Source: Sphyrna mokarran (Eukaryota). Taken from it: a stretch of 64,000 bases of DNA. The stretch spans positions 123,876,001-123,940,000 of the forward strand of contig JAGIQG010000001.1 in the NCBI GenBank assembly GCA_024679065.1. The letters run 5' to 3'. Each line of letters begins with the position of its first letter. The stretch's first letter is position 1. The notes beneath the pieces were generated by a model, which did no database searches, was not told the origin of the DNA, and saw only the letters and a list, made by a program, of their open reading frames with translations. This document shows positions 24,901-37,960 of the stretch, one piece after another. Both the position numbers and the translations under genes were made by a program.

Positions 24901-25416
24901 GGAAGATGTACCCTAAGTAAACCCTTCTTTTGATGGTCGTTCCTTCTGCTCATGTTTCACAGTGAGCTTTGATAAGTCATCTACCACCATTCCATGGAAA
25001 GTATATTGCTGTTTCAAAGTGCGAGTTACTACCCTGTTTTGCTTCATCGATGTTTTATAACTTTTCATCTTAATGTAAGCCTACAGTGATGAGATCATAA
25101 ATTAGTACATCATTATTCTATGTTCATCAACACACAATTTTAAATGAGATATTGAATTCCTCCCCCACACTTCAATTATTACTTCTATTTTTTGAGCAAA
25201 ACAAATAAATCAATTAACTCAAGAGCCAGCCTAAAAGACGCAATAATAACATTATATGCACGATATTGTATGAGTACCATAAACCGCTGTAACCAATTTC
25301 CAGGTTTTAAATTTTCAGTCAAACTTCCTGACAGTTTGCAATGTCAGAACATCTTGATCTCAAATGTGAGAATTCAACAACATTTTTCAGAGATACTCAC
25401 TCTCTAGTTAACCTAC

Positions 25417-25597
25417 CTGAAAAGAAGTGAGCCTTGAATCCTTTCTTGGAAACAGTATTGTCAGATTTGAATTCAATCCTCATATTATTGTATTGGGATG
25501 TTATAACTTCAGGCACTTCAGTACCACAAAACTTCCCATGAAGTTTCGAATCTGATGAAAGGCCACTGCGGATCTCAACATAATCATATTTGCATAT
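25417..25597 (-). CDS. TLL1: TLL1 coding exon (~exon 16), CUB3 second half
   Basis: [60 protein letters not shown]; acceptor ACCAG|ATA, donor CAG|GTAGGT; 181 nt. Confidence 0.96.
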
Positions 25598-26339
25598 CTG
25601 GTAAAAGCCAAACAGATAACTTTGGTTACATAAGACATGTTTGTGGATACCTCCACAGTATGCTTTCTCATCATTGTCGCTTTTAAATTATTCAATACTG
25701 CTTTGGCATTTTAATTGAAGTGTAGAAAAATAAACATACATAATTTGGAGATTTTTTTGTAAGCGGAACATGAATTGTCACCATTAAAATCCTTAATATA
25801 TCGTATTTCATCAAGAATTACATTCAACATTAATTTATTAAGGAATTAAGTTTATCAGACAAAGTGGTCAAATATATCACAGGGATAATGCTAATTATAT
25901 ATAAAGTGCAGAAATAGGCCATTTGGCTCACCAGTCCATGCAGGCATGGAGATTATGCGTTAACAATTGATTCCTGGTGTCTGGACTCAAGAATTAAACA
26001 GCAATGTCACAAGTTGTTAATGTTAGTGAATACACCTTCACACGACTTTTCCTACCGACTACAGCCCCAACCCCACAAAATATTCACATATCATAGCCCT
26101 ATCACTCACCCATTTGCAGCAGTTCAAGGTAATCGACTTATCAAGGAAATTAGGCATGGGCAACAATACTGGCCTTCCCATGAAAGGATATTTAAAAAAT
26201 TTTCTAATGCCAAGTATCCAGATACTCCAACTCGTGCTCACACAGTAACTAATCACACAAGTCTCAGACCCACACCTTGCTGCCTCCATATATCACTAGT
26301 TGTGCAAGCATATTAGCTATATATATGACACACTCATCT

Positions 26340-26530
26340 GACATTCTGCCCTCTCACTTGAAGGACAGACTGACACTCAAAGAGCTGGATGGGATACACA
26401 AACATCTGCATCTCTTCAACCCCACGGAGGAGATGTTTTTCCACATCATGCAATCAATAGCGGCAGAGACAATGGCATCCAATGTCAGTAAGCATACTGA
26501 AGATAATGTCATTGTCCTGCCTTGTGCTTC
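26340..26530 (+). mobile_element. Possible Harbinger Myb/SANT-gene relic
   Basis: Peptide HLHLFNPTEEMFFHIMQSIAAETMAS loosely resembles the segment that follows the Myb/SANT domain in Harbinger ORF2 proteins (recalled, weak). Confidence 0.3.
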
Positions 26531-27456
26531 TTCTCAATCCCCAACTCATCCCCAGCCTGCTATCTGACATGATAAGCAAGCTGCAGATGCTGTGACCACA
26601 GAACTTTCTTTTGCCAATCCAACCCACTTCTTTGACACAATCTCCTTCAGATTTTCTTCTTTCAAACACACACAAATTAAAACCTGCCCAGTTACTGCAA
26701 CTCAAAGAGATGGGGCAACAATGCACATACTAATGTTTACAGAGGAATTAAGAGACATTTCCTTTATTGTGAAAAAAACAATGCCGTGTTTTTGCAAACA
26801 TTCTTCATTGAATGTCATGCAAGCGTCCCGTGTTGTCCTTGCCTCTCTGTGGAACATGGCAGAACTTGCAAGCTCAGCCTTCTTTACATTGCATGAGATC
26901 ACTCTCACTGGGCCTAAATGAAACTTAGGTGACTCAAAGCCCTGTAAGGACAATGCCAGACAATACCCTGAGAGGGACACACATTTGAATGATGCCGCAT
27001 TTTCTTAACTGACTGACTGTCCAACCACACCACCCTTCCTAACTATGCAGAGGATTCCAAGCCCTTACCACTTTGTCTTCCTTTGAATCCGAATTCTATG
27101 TCTCCGTGCCCCTAAATGCAATCCACAAATCCCACCTTAAAACCGATTCACCCTTGCCAGCCTGGAGGCCCCTGTAAGCTGTCATTCTTCTGTTCCCCTT
27201 CCTCAAGCTGTAGAATTAAATAAAGAAATTCACTGACCTTACACACAACTGCACAGTGCTAGCTGATACACACCACCTTTAAACAAATGCGAACCAGGCA
27301 TCAGGAGATTCTCATGTGCTCTGAATTTAATTTGCAGGCAGGATGAAATTCAAATACGTTTTGCTCTAATGGAAGTGTTATTACCAAATCAGGAGGAATA
27401 AAATGACTCCTCTCATTCTACTGCCCAAAGTGGTTATAATACAATTTGGATTTAAA

Positions 27457-27823
27457 ATAGAACATAGAACATTACAGCGCAGAACAGGCCCTTCGGCCTT
27501 CGATGTTGCGCCGACCAATTAGGAAAAAGCAATGACCCTCTAACCTAAACCCTTCCCTTTTCGTCCATAAACTTATCTACTAACCTCTTAAACGCCACCA
27601 AACTTGGCGCATCTACAGCTGACGCAGGCAGGTCATTCCATACCCTTACCACCCTCTGGGTAAAGAACCTACCTCTGACATCCGTCCTATAACTACCACC
27701 CCTTAATTTAAAGCTATGTCCCCTCGTGCTAGCTTTCTCCATCCTAGGAAAAAGGCTATCACTGTCTACCCTATCTAAACCTCGAATCATCTTATATGTT
27801 TCAATAAGGTCTCCTCTTAGCCT
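27457..27823 (-). mobile_element. CR1/HER1-like LINE 3' end
   Basis: ORF MIRGLDRVDSDSLFPRME...TRGHSFKLRGG...FFTQRVVRVWNDLP plus (TTCTATG) tail. Confidence 0.92.
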
Positions 27824-29899
27824 GTAAATGGTGGTGATATTGCCAATTGAAAAATGTACTTAGCTCAATGCAAGAAATAAACTGGCAAGTTTCCTAAATT
27901 AATAAGTAAATTGTTCATTTTGTTGCTAAAACTCATTCAGATAAAGATACATATACACACAGACACATTGACCCCTGTCACAAACATACAGATCTTAAAA
28001 CTTGGCCAAGGAAAAAGTAAAGTCAGAAAAAAATTATTCACGGATTGACATGAATTGATAGCAGTTAAGGATCTTGCCCCCTTTTCCCTATGATAGACTC
28101 ACACTGCTAGCTCAAAGTCAGTGTATTTCATCCAAGAACTGGGTCAGTTGACCTCTCTTTGGTTTCAATCTGGGCTTATTTTAGCCACTATCTCTGAGAA
28201 CTCTCTATACACTGTGTCTCTTTGAAGTAGCTTGTAGCCTTCAAAGTAGCTGCTGCAGAACAGTGTTCTTTTAGAAAAAGTGTTATATTTTGTGTGTATG
28301 ACCAGCTAATAACAGTACAAATTAATGTTCTATATAATACATCTCTATTACAGGGTATTTATGTCATATAAATGTATAACTAGTGTGAATCTGCCACAGG
28401 TCTGCATGAGATTCAGCATGCCACAAACACATCCTTCATTTTATCTCTGCATTTCCACCCAACAATGGCAAATTGAGATTTTGCAACTCTCTTAATTAAG
28501 TCACCCCACATGCCAATGTTTCCCACTCTTGCGTGCTCCATAAAATTTCACCTGTCAGACAATTTACAATAGCATACATTCTACTTTCATTGCAAGTTGG
28601 ATGCCCGGCCTTTTAAATAACTCTAGTGCAAGGCACATCTTGCAGCGCAACACTCACTCTGTGTTCAGTGGCATATTTGTCGTCCACACCTGCACAGGTG
28701 CAATTAAATGTTCTACCATCACATCAGCTGGTTTGCTGCATTACATTAGTATAACACTTCTTCTGTGTGTTCTGGTACATTCAGGGGACATTTGTAAAGA
28801 CACACTTTTTCCAGCATGGTCAGTTTGAATATTACTTAGCTGTGGTGTGGAAATAGAACATTTGTACAGTGAATATTTTTTCCTAACAAATAAGAAAGGA
28901 AAACAGTTTCAGTAGTTGATATATGATATTTCATAATATCCTTTAAAATTTTTACCTTGTTGGAACTGAATAGTGTTAATTTGATTTTCTTGGACAATCA
29001 AAATATTCTTCTTTCTGATACTAATTAGAACTGACTGGCAGCATATTACAAAACTGAATTCTCATATCTGCCTTTAGTTGAATTTGAATTAATTAGCATT
29101 TTGTTGATGTATATGAACTCTTCCTATCTTTGAGAGTTTTATTGGTTTGTGCCCTCTTGTGATCAATTTTTTTTTCAATAATATTGCATCTTACAAAAGA
29201 ACATTTAATTTTTTGAAGTTTAGTCTAGTAAGGAAGGTGTGTTTTTTTCAAAAACATAACTGTTCTCAAGTTCAATTTGAATTTCCATTATTTGCTGCAC
29301 ACGAAACAAGGAAACAAAAGAAAGCAATTCAGTTGAGTTTCAATTCTGCCTGTGTGAATATTGGCAAATCTCTTCTGAAAAGCTTGTGATCAAGAAAGGT
29401 TCTAGTCAGAATGTTGGACTCCATGGCACCTAATTCTTCAGAGCTGCAAGTGTGCTACAGACATGTATATATACAGCTGGTGCTCACCACACCGATGCCA
29501 TATTGACAGTGACATATACAGACACAGACACACACACATACACAGAGGTATGCACATAAGGCAGGTCATGATGTCACATTGACTTAATGTCAATGCTGCC
29601 ATTTTGGAGCTCTCAATGCCCCAGCTAACATCCTCTCAACTTTGCACAGTTGAAGACTAATTCAGCAGAAATGATCTAATCAATGCTATATAAAGATTGC
29701 ATTAACAGCTTAAGAGGTGAGTTATTGACTGATTCTTTTCTAGCTGTAGCTGCAATTGTAGAACAGTTATTTAAAGTTCCTGAAGGCTGCAGGGAATGTG
29801 CTGAAGAACTTCGAACTGACATCTATGAATCAGCACAAATCCTTTGCTCCCAGACTTGCATTCCCACAGCATCACTTGGATAATCAGCAGAAGGGACAC

Positions 29900-30870
29900 A
29901 GCATGGCAAACTGCTGGACAAGGGAGGGGAAAAGAGTTTTCAGCAGAAAGCCATATCCACCCAGAGTTTTCAGGGAGCATTTTGGTTACCTCAACCTTTG
30001 GAAGGATAAGTGGGAGAGGGGAATTCACCAACTTCATTAGATGGCTGGTGGGAGTCTTGATGCCTTGCTGAATGGTGAATCTGCCAAAACTTGGGATTCC
30101 CACTTCGTGTGAGAGCATCAGGATTCAAGCAACCTGCTCCACAAGCCCCAGTTGGATTCCCATCCATAGCTACCCGATTGTTATGCAAACCTATTTAACG
30201 GCCATTCACCAGACCCCAACATTGACCTGCCTCTCCAACGAGAAATGCACCGGGTGGGCTTTGGTGCTGGTCATGATCAAAGTGGACCTGGCATGCTGGA
30301 CCCCAAAGGGATTAAAGGAACCAAATCCAGTGGCCATTTACCCCTCTGATTTGTCAGGCTGCAGAGGGATAGTCCCCCAAGGGCCTTCAAGTTTGGGGGC
30401 TAGGGATTGATCATACCACTCTCCCAATCTCTGAACAGTGGGGCTGGCCAGCATGTCTCGTGGGATGCATATTTTGGACCCATCAGATGGGCGAATCCCA
30501 CCTGACAGACGCTCCCAGCAGCAACGCGATTCACTTCTGTTTTCACACCAATAGGAGAACTCAGCCTGAAAACGGAAGAATCGCCCCCAGTATGTCAGAT
30601 GTTCCCACTTTACAAGGAATGTTTTCGTGAAATCTGCCATCTGCTGCAGCCACAAGTGCAACCTCCAGCAGGGTAAGTACAGCACTGTTCGTGGCTGCAA
30701 AGCTAACTGTCACTATGAATGTCCTTCCAGGCTGGAGTACGCAATATTTGCAACATTTCCCACTCTGCCATCTGTTGTTGCAAAAAGATCACTGATGTTC
30801 TGTTATTTCAAGAAAGCTGAATATAGTTCATTCTTTCTTGCTATAGAGAAAGGAGGAGGGGCCAGCACTT
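29900..30870 (+). pseudogene. PIF/Harbinger (HARBI1-like) transposase relic, split by an insert at 30012-30588
   Basis: RKPYPPRVFREHFGYLNL before the insert; after it, across frameshifts, YVRCSHFT..EICHLLQPQVQP..STALFVAAKLTV..FQAG..NICNISHSAICCCKKITDVL; AGT flanks both sides of the insert. Confidence 0.7.
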
Positions 30871-31499
30871 CGCTCTGAGAGAGTTGTAGGGTTTCCCAAG
30901 GTACAGGATAATGACTGTCCTGCACTTTACTTTGTAGATACTATTTGCCAATTCTAAGAAAACCGACAACACAAAGTGATTCCATTCCTTCAATGTTCTG
31001 CCTGTGTGCAACCATAAGTAACAAGGGTACACATTTGTGTATTTTGACCTTGCAATCTCAGTATGCAGTTTTCGAGAGTCATATCAAAATAGTATAAGTG
31101 TTAAAAAGTGTGATCGTGCTGCTGTAATTCAATGGGGTGATTTTCAAATCCCTTCACCAATGGAGTAATACAGATCACACCAAAGAAGATCGAGAAGTTG
31201 ATTTTAATATATTTGCATGTTATTATCAGACAATCTCACAGGCTTTTTACCCCTCACAGAATATTCACAAAGCACTGGAGTGATGTCACACTGGCGCCAT
31301 TTACAGCAGCTCTGTATAAGTGTGAACGTTTACCTCTGGGAGGTATTTCAGGGACAGATGGTCAAGTGGACATCACCTTAAAATGTGTTCAAGGCTCTGG
31401 GGACACAGTGGATGCAGTTAAGTGTAAGTTGGGGCCGGGGTATTAGTCACATGATCTTGGAGGGGAGGGGTCACTTGTAGCCCTCAGCTTCCACTCATC

Positions 31500-31900
31500 T
31501 CAGGATGAGACCTGCCTCAGTGGGTTACAGTTTTGCCCTTCCACCCCATGCTCCCGATCTATGGGCACCCAGTGCATAGGAAGGCAGGGAAGGAAGAGGA
31601 TCTCCTTGCGAACCTGGTCCTGGGCCTGGCCGAACTTACCATCAACAGGTCCAGCCAAGGGAGTCTTCCAACTTCAACATTTGCTCCTCTACAGCAGCTA
31701 CATTCACAGCCAGATGCCCTGGCAGAGGGAGCATGTGGTGTCCGCTAGCGAGGACTGGAGTGCCTAGTTAACCCCTTTAATCACATTTTAGTTTGATACT
31801 TTTAAGTTTTATTTATGATTTGTTTTTGTTGAAGCAGTATCCCTTTTACTTTCTTCTTCAGTTTGTTTGATTTGGTTTTAATTGGTTTATTCAAATCGTT
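31500..31900 (+). mobile_element. Tx1/L1-clade LINE 3' fragment
   Basis: FHPMLPIYGHPVHRKAGKEEDLLANLVLGLAELTINRS and LLYSSYIHSQMPWQREHVVS resemble the C-terminus of Tx1 ORF2; followed by a T-rich 3' UTR-like stretch. Confidence 0.65.
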
Positions 31901-32471
31901 GGAACTTTAGGCCCCAAGCACTGAAAAGAAAAGCTCATACAAGCTTAACATGGCACAGATTACACAGGGGTGAGGGGAAGGTGGGCCCGTAGCTGCTGTG
32001 GAAGGAGCACCACAATTGCTAGAACCTTGTAAGAGCCATTATTAGCATAGGGTCTTCCTCCTCCCCACCTACCTCAAGTGCTCTCTCCTCATAAGGCATG
32101 TGAATTATGAGCTCTGACATGACTCAAACTCTGTGCCCCCTTCACCTTCTTTGGACTTGGTCCTAGAAGCAGATTGATAGGGAGAAGTGTTGGTGGGATT
32201 CCTGTCAGTTCAGATGACGTGTGGCATGCACAGGGCTTGAGTAGAAGCTGGAGTGTGAGGAGCATAGAAGCTGATGAGGAAGAAACTTGGTGACTAGAGA
32301 GGTTGGGGCAGGAGGGGTAGGAGGAATGAGAGAGGGTCTCATGATAGGTACTGGCAAACCTCAGGTTGGTGGAAGAGAGATCAACTTGGAAATGCGAGGG
32401 ATGTGAGGGGAAATCCAACAGGAGTCTGGAGGAAGCACACTTATCCTGGCCATGTGAAAATGATGTAGGAA

Positions 32472-32666
32472 TAAGAGGTCTGGCAACACCAATTTTAAAT
32501 GCAACCGATTTATTTGATAGTAAATCTGCTAGCTTTCGGCGTTTGTGTCTTCATCAGGTGAATGAGGTGACGAAGTTCACCTGACGAAGGCACAAATGCC
32601 GAAAGCTAGCAGATTTACTATCAAATAAATCGGTTGGATTTAAAATTGGTGTTGCCAGACCTCTTA
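32472..32666. mobile_element. Penelope-like pLTR palindrome (91-bp arms, 13-nt loop) with two hammerhead cores
   Basis: Arms 32472-32562 and 32576-32666 with 4 mismatches; flanking 14-bp near-duplication CCA(T/C)GTGAAAATGA at 32450-32463 and 32667-32680; same family as 44767-44895. Confidence 0.85.
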
Positions 32667-32853
32667 CCACGTGAAAATGACCATTCATCTTCTTATAGCA
32701 CTGCTGCACCATCCTCTCTTGTAGTGGAATTTGTGAGGGCCTCCTGCTTCCTTTTGAATAGATGATATCTTTCCTCCTCTCTGCCATCAGCACCAAGATA
32801 TCCAGTGTAGTGTTGAAAAACATTGGAATCCTGCTTTTGCCATCTTGTGCCAT
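32667..32853 (-). pseudogene. Harbinger-type Myb/SANT DNA-binding gene relic
   Basis: MAQDGKSRIPMFFNTTLDILVLMAERRKDIIYSKGSRRPS...QQCYKKMN resembles the R.P.F....LE.L...V..RRD.L.....RRP...QCRKKFNDL motif of Harbinger Myb-like proteins. Confidence 0.6.
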
Positions 32854-33529
32854 TCTTCTGTCTTTTCCAGTTCAGGGTCAATTGAAGTACCTACTCTGGC
32901 TACAATGCATCTCCCCTTCAAGATATCCAAATTTAACTCATTCTAACCAGCTGACAACATAATATAAATATTCAAATTAGAAAACAGCATGAAGTTGGAA
33001 ACAATGCAAACTTCACAATCAAATCCTATTCAATTTCACAATCTTCATCTTTGATGAAGCCTTACCTCATACTAGGAATATCTATTACTGGACTACAGTA
33101 CGACACTGTAGCAGTAGATGTTATTGTACAATGTCAAAACTATTGGCAAAATATGCGATGAATACTAGGCATCAATCTCTGAAGTATAAAATTTGGTTAA
33201 AGATAAAGGAAACAGACCTGAGATTTGAAATAAACACATGCAGAAATGCAATCTATCCTTTCTTGTAATCAGATATCAATAATTACATTATCCCTGCTTG
33301 CTCTCAATTTTTCAATGCTACCAGATATGGAATAACAGGGAAATGAATGATGAAGCAATAGATAAATAAAGCAGCAACTATTTAAAATATTTGTTGGTGT
33401 TAGTAAAAATGGGCGCAGGAAATAAATTAACTGCAATAGATGTCAAGCAGTTTGAGTGAAGGATGAAGCATTTCCTTTGTAACAATGTAACATACAAATG
33501 TAAGTGCATCACTTATTTATACAATCATT

Positions 33530-33890
33530 TCCTTTTGTTGTGACCTGAAGAGGCTTGATAAGGTGGACACGATTGCTTCCATTGGTTGTAGAATCTAATT
33601 CATAGGAGCACAGTCGTAGGATAAGTGGCTCATCATTTTGGACTGAGATGAGAAGAAAGATCTTCTTTCAGATAGTTGGAATGCTTTACCCGAGAAGGTT
33701 GTGGATGCTTCACCACTGAATACATTGTGGGCTGGGATGGAGAGATTTTGAGTCTCTCAGGGAATTAAGGAATATGGGAAGTCGATAGAAAAAGTGTTCA
33801 AGCCCAAGATCAGTTATGATGATATTAAATAGCAAAGTAGCTTTGATGAGCCATGTGGACTACTTCTGTCCTTATTTCTAATGTTCTCGT
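33530..33890 (+). mobile_element. CR1-type LINE 3' fragment
   Basis: GGCTTGATAAGGTGGAC...GGACTGAGATGAGAAGAAA...TGGAATGCTTTACC...CTACTTCTGTCCTTATTTCTAATGTTCT. Confidence 0.75.
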
Positions 33891-34976
33891 GAATGCAGTG
33901 TTTACATTACAATTGTTTTATGTGTATTTCCACTATCTCATTGGCCAGTGCTTAAGCATCTGTTATTCTCCTTTCCAACTGGCTGTTTTTGATATTTTAA
34001 TATATTATTCAATAATTGCAAGAAAGTTTCCTTCAGACTTTCATTCTAATCATGATCAGAGTGAATCCAGCAAAATAAGTTAAAAATGTAACCACGATGA
34101 CAATTTGTCAACTATTTCCTTATAATCTCACAAAATGATCTACATTGCAATCATAAATTCAGCTCAGGGTGAACATTTGCCCCAGTTAAGACCTTTAAGT
34201 GACTAATTAGGGACGACAGAAGGCCTATTTCCAACCTACTTTTAATTTTTAGGATGGTGAGTGGAGTTCAGGAACAGATTGTAACCTGGAAAGTGACCCT
34301 GTTCAGGCAGATGTGAGGAAAACGTGGGAGAGGGGCACCTCCATCAACAACTTCCTTTCAACATTGGGTGTGCCCAATTACACAAGGTCTGGCTCCTGCA
34401 TGTGCTCACAACCTAACTATCCTTCCATTCAACCTTTCCAACAACCCATTCACCTCACCTCAACCTGATCTGATCCCTCCTTCCAGTCCAGAGATGCCAC
34501 ATGTACTTGCCCCTCGTCTCCTGAGACTGTGGGGATTGCTTGTCGTCACATTCTTCTGCACTGCAGCTTCTGGCATTGCTGCGACTAGAAAGTTGCCAGT
34601 CAGTCTGATTGAAAATTGCAACGAAGTTGGAGAACCCAGCACCATAACCTTTTGTGTAGCCAGTGGAGGAGAGGGCTAAGTTTGAAGTCCACCAGGTCTT
34701 ATGACAGATTGTACAGGTGGGATAGGGTGGGAAATCTCTTTATAGTCCCCTTGGGTCTCTTGGAACATACTACCTCTCCATCTGGCTCCAATGATGATCT
34801 TTGCTGAGAACTGGATGCAATCCCAGCAGGTACTACCACTCTCAGTGGCACTGCTAGGACCCAGAGAACTTTGTTATCTGACTGGCCTGCTCTTGGAAGT
34901 GGCATTTCTTCTTCATTTGGGAATAGAAGCTCCACCTTGAACCCTTGAATGTTCTTCTGAACATTAAACTCCCAAG

Positions 34977-35130
34977 ATATGTGAGTTATGTTAATTGGCC
35001 GGGCTAAATTGGCCCTTAGTGTCAGGAGGACTAGCAGGCTAAATATGTAGGGTTCTGGGATAGGTCTTGGGTGGGATTGCTATCAGTGCAGGCTCCATGG
35101 GCTCCTTCTATACTGAAGGGATTTTATGAT
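34977..35130 (+). mobile_element. HE1-like SINE 3' half
   Basis: TTGGCCGGGCTAAATTGGCCCTTAGTGTC...CTCCTTCTATACTGAAGGGATTTTATGATT. Confidence 0.7.
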
Positions 35131-37427
35131 TTATTATTTGTAAATGGATGCAAGCCACTGAAGGCAGCTTCGCTATTAATTTTTTCATCAAAAGGTGTTG
35201 GGAATTCCAGTGAACCAAAATCCTGTCACACCATGATGGATAGACTGAGGAGGCTGTATCGATTTTTGTTTGTCCATCTATCTAAATGAAAACGTACTTC
35301 ATTTCAAATGAAAATATGAGAAAAACAATAACTTAATCAAATAATAACCTTTAAATTGTGCCACAGATGTACCTCACATGAAAAACATGTACTGTAGGTT
35401 TTCATTGGGATTAAATTTATAATCACACCATCTGTTCAAAGTTGTGGCTTATGTACTGAAGCTATTCAATATATTATATTTCCTTGCATTTCTACTTTTT
35501 ACACAATTGGGCCTTTCATCCAGTAAACGTCACTGGTTTATCTATGATTAATTTCAATACTTAGTTATGGTGGAGATGCTGCAGTTTACCCACAAACAAA
35601 AATCCTTTGCCAAACAATTGCAATTAAACATTGTCAAGAAATCCATCATTACATCGTAAAATCATTAGTGCCCAGAATTTTCCCCGAACCCCTCAAAGTA
35701 GTTATATCTCTTCTCAAATTCAAAATCTTGCTGAAAATTCACCCTTTCTGTCATTCGCTTTGATTCTTCCACCAACTCCTACTCAGAATTAAAACTGTTT
35801 TTCATGCGTCTTGAAATATTTTGCTATAATAATGACACTTTTATTCCTGCTGTTAGTCCCATTAGACCCTTTAGTGAGGTAATAATCAATGGTTCAGTAT
35901 TTGGACGATTTGCAACAGATGTAATCAACATCATTAGTTTGTAGTTCAAGGTGGCCTTGAAGTTAAATACCATTCTCCCCAAGTTCAATCATTAGTAGTG
36001 TGGTTCAAGGCTGAATATAGTTTATTTGGGGAATAAAGCTATTTATTTTGTTAATGATATTGGGATACCTTGAATTGAAGCTTAATTACAAACAAAACGG
36101 CAATTTAACTGTTGAGCAATTGATGTCCCCAAGACAGTTCAAAAATTTAAGGATCAAGAATATTCCAAAAGATTTGAAAAAAAATGCTCAAAACAGGAAT
36201 ACTGGATGCTTAGACTTATTTGGGTAATGATACCTGTGACCATATAAAACTTCATGATTCTTAAAAAGAACTCAACTTCAACTTGAGAATTTCAATTACT
36301 TTAGATGAAAGTTGGGAAAAAATAAAAAGCATGGAAGATTGGAAATGGTCAAATTCATAGCCAACTTCAAGGAGAGACTCCAAGATCCAAAGTTGTTTCA
36401 GTAAGGAAAGAAAAAGGAAAAACAAGTTTGTGTCCCATTTACTCAATGGTTTCAAATGAAATGTTTAGATATGTTCAATGAAGATAATGAGCGCACACTT
36501 CTGAATTGTGCCCCATAATAGAACAGCCTGTTGTCGGCCTTATGCATGATGACTTGACGTTATGAAAAAATATGCTTGAATCACATAATGTCTTCAGATG
36601 AAAAGGGAAAAAATTGGGAAAAGTACAAGGCAGATCAACTGATATGATGACTGTGATTAGAAAGTTAGTAATCAATTTTTGGTGGTTGACTCCTAGCATC
36701 TACATTATAATAGTGCATAAATGAATTCTCCACAAACTCACTGACCAGTGCACTTAATATACTATATAAAGAAATTATCTTGGCAAAATAAAATGAAATT
36801 TATTATGTAAATACCATTTATTTTACCAGTGCTTTATACTCAATTAATGTGCTTAATTTATATTGCATCTTGAATAGGCTTGAATTTTACAGTCAGCATG
36901 CATTGTCAATGGCTGCAAAGATTTTTCTGATCTGACGCCACTGCCCATTTCTTCCAGATCTTTCTGATCAAGGGAAGTTGCATAGAACTGTTCCAAGTCT
37001 CCAACCTGAGCTCAGGAGGTAAACATGGAGGGTCCCAGGCAGCAGGAATCTCTCATCGGATTTTTAAATTCCCACAGAAATTCCTTATGGGGCCACATTT
37101 TATGATTTCTGCTGGGTCCTGATTTCCGCAAGGCCTCAACGTGCACATTGTACATCTGGACTTGAATGATGTAGAGACTGGAAGAATAGCATCGTTCAGT
37201 ATATGTATAGAACTCATCACACATGGACCATGAGAATGCTTCATGATATGACAGTCCCAGTAGAGAGTGGAGTCACATTTCACAAAGTGGAGTGTACACA
37301 ATTCACAATTTTCCATTGACTTATTTTTGGACAGAAAAATCAAGGTTGGTGCATTTGAGTTCCCAACATGTATTTTCTATGAGCACCAAATCATGGAATC
37401 ATCGCTTTTAATGAAAGAGATAACTTA

Positions 37428-37960
37428 TCCATAAGATTTAGGAGCAGCAGGGGCCACTTGGTCCCATTAAATCTGCTCCGCCATTCCATAAGATTATGAC
37501 TGATCAGATATAATCCTCAATTCTACATTCTCACCTTATCCCCATAACGCTTGATTCCCTTACTGATTAAAAATTTGTCCATTTCAGCTTTTGTATATAC
37601 TTAACAAAATCGCTACAGCTTGTTGTGGTAAGAGTTCTACAGATTCAATAACCTCTGAGAAAAGACATTCGTTCTCATCTCTGTCCTAAATGGGCAACCC
37701 CTTACTCTGAGATTATGGCCTTTGGTCCTGGACTCTACCACAAAGGAAAACAATCTTTCAGTATTGACTGTGTCAAACCCCATGATTCCTATGTGTCTCA
37801 ATAAAATTGCCTCTCATTCTTCTAAACTCCAATGACTACAGGCCCAACCTAATTAACCTCTCATCATAAGAAAGTCTCACCATACCTAGGATCAATCCAG
37901 TGAATCTTCTCTGGACTGCTTCCAATGCCAGTATATTTTTCCTAAGATAAGGGGACCAAA
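37428..37960 (-). mobile_element. CR1-type LINE 3' fragment
   Basis: CATAAGATTTAGGAGCAGCAGGGGCCAC tail; decayed C-terminal ORF2 (GTGAATCTTCTCTGGACTGCTTCCAATGCC, GGGGACCAAA). Confidence 0.8.

Noticed and set aside
32366-32853. Two opposite-strand ORFs sharing the peptide GLATPILN.TDLFDSKSASFR
   Set aside because: An automatic consequence of the DNA palindrome, not a duplicated gene
34360-34960. Cluster of GC-richer short ORFs, possibly another Harbinger relic
   Set aside because: Similarity too weak to support by eye; needs a profile search
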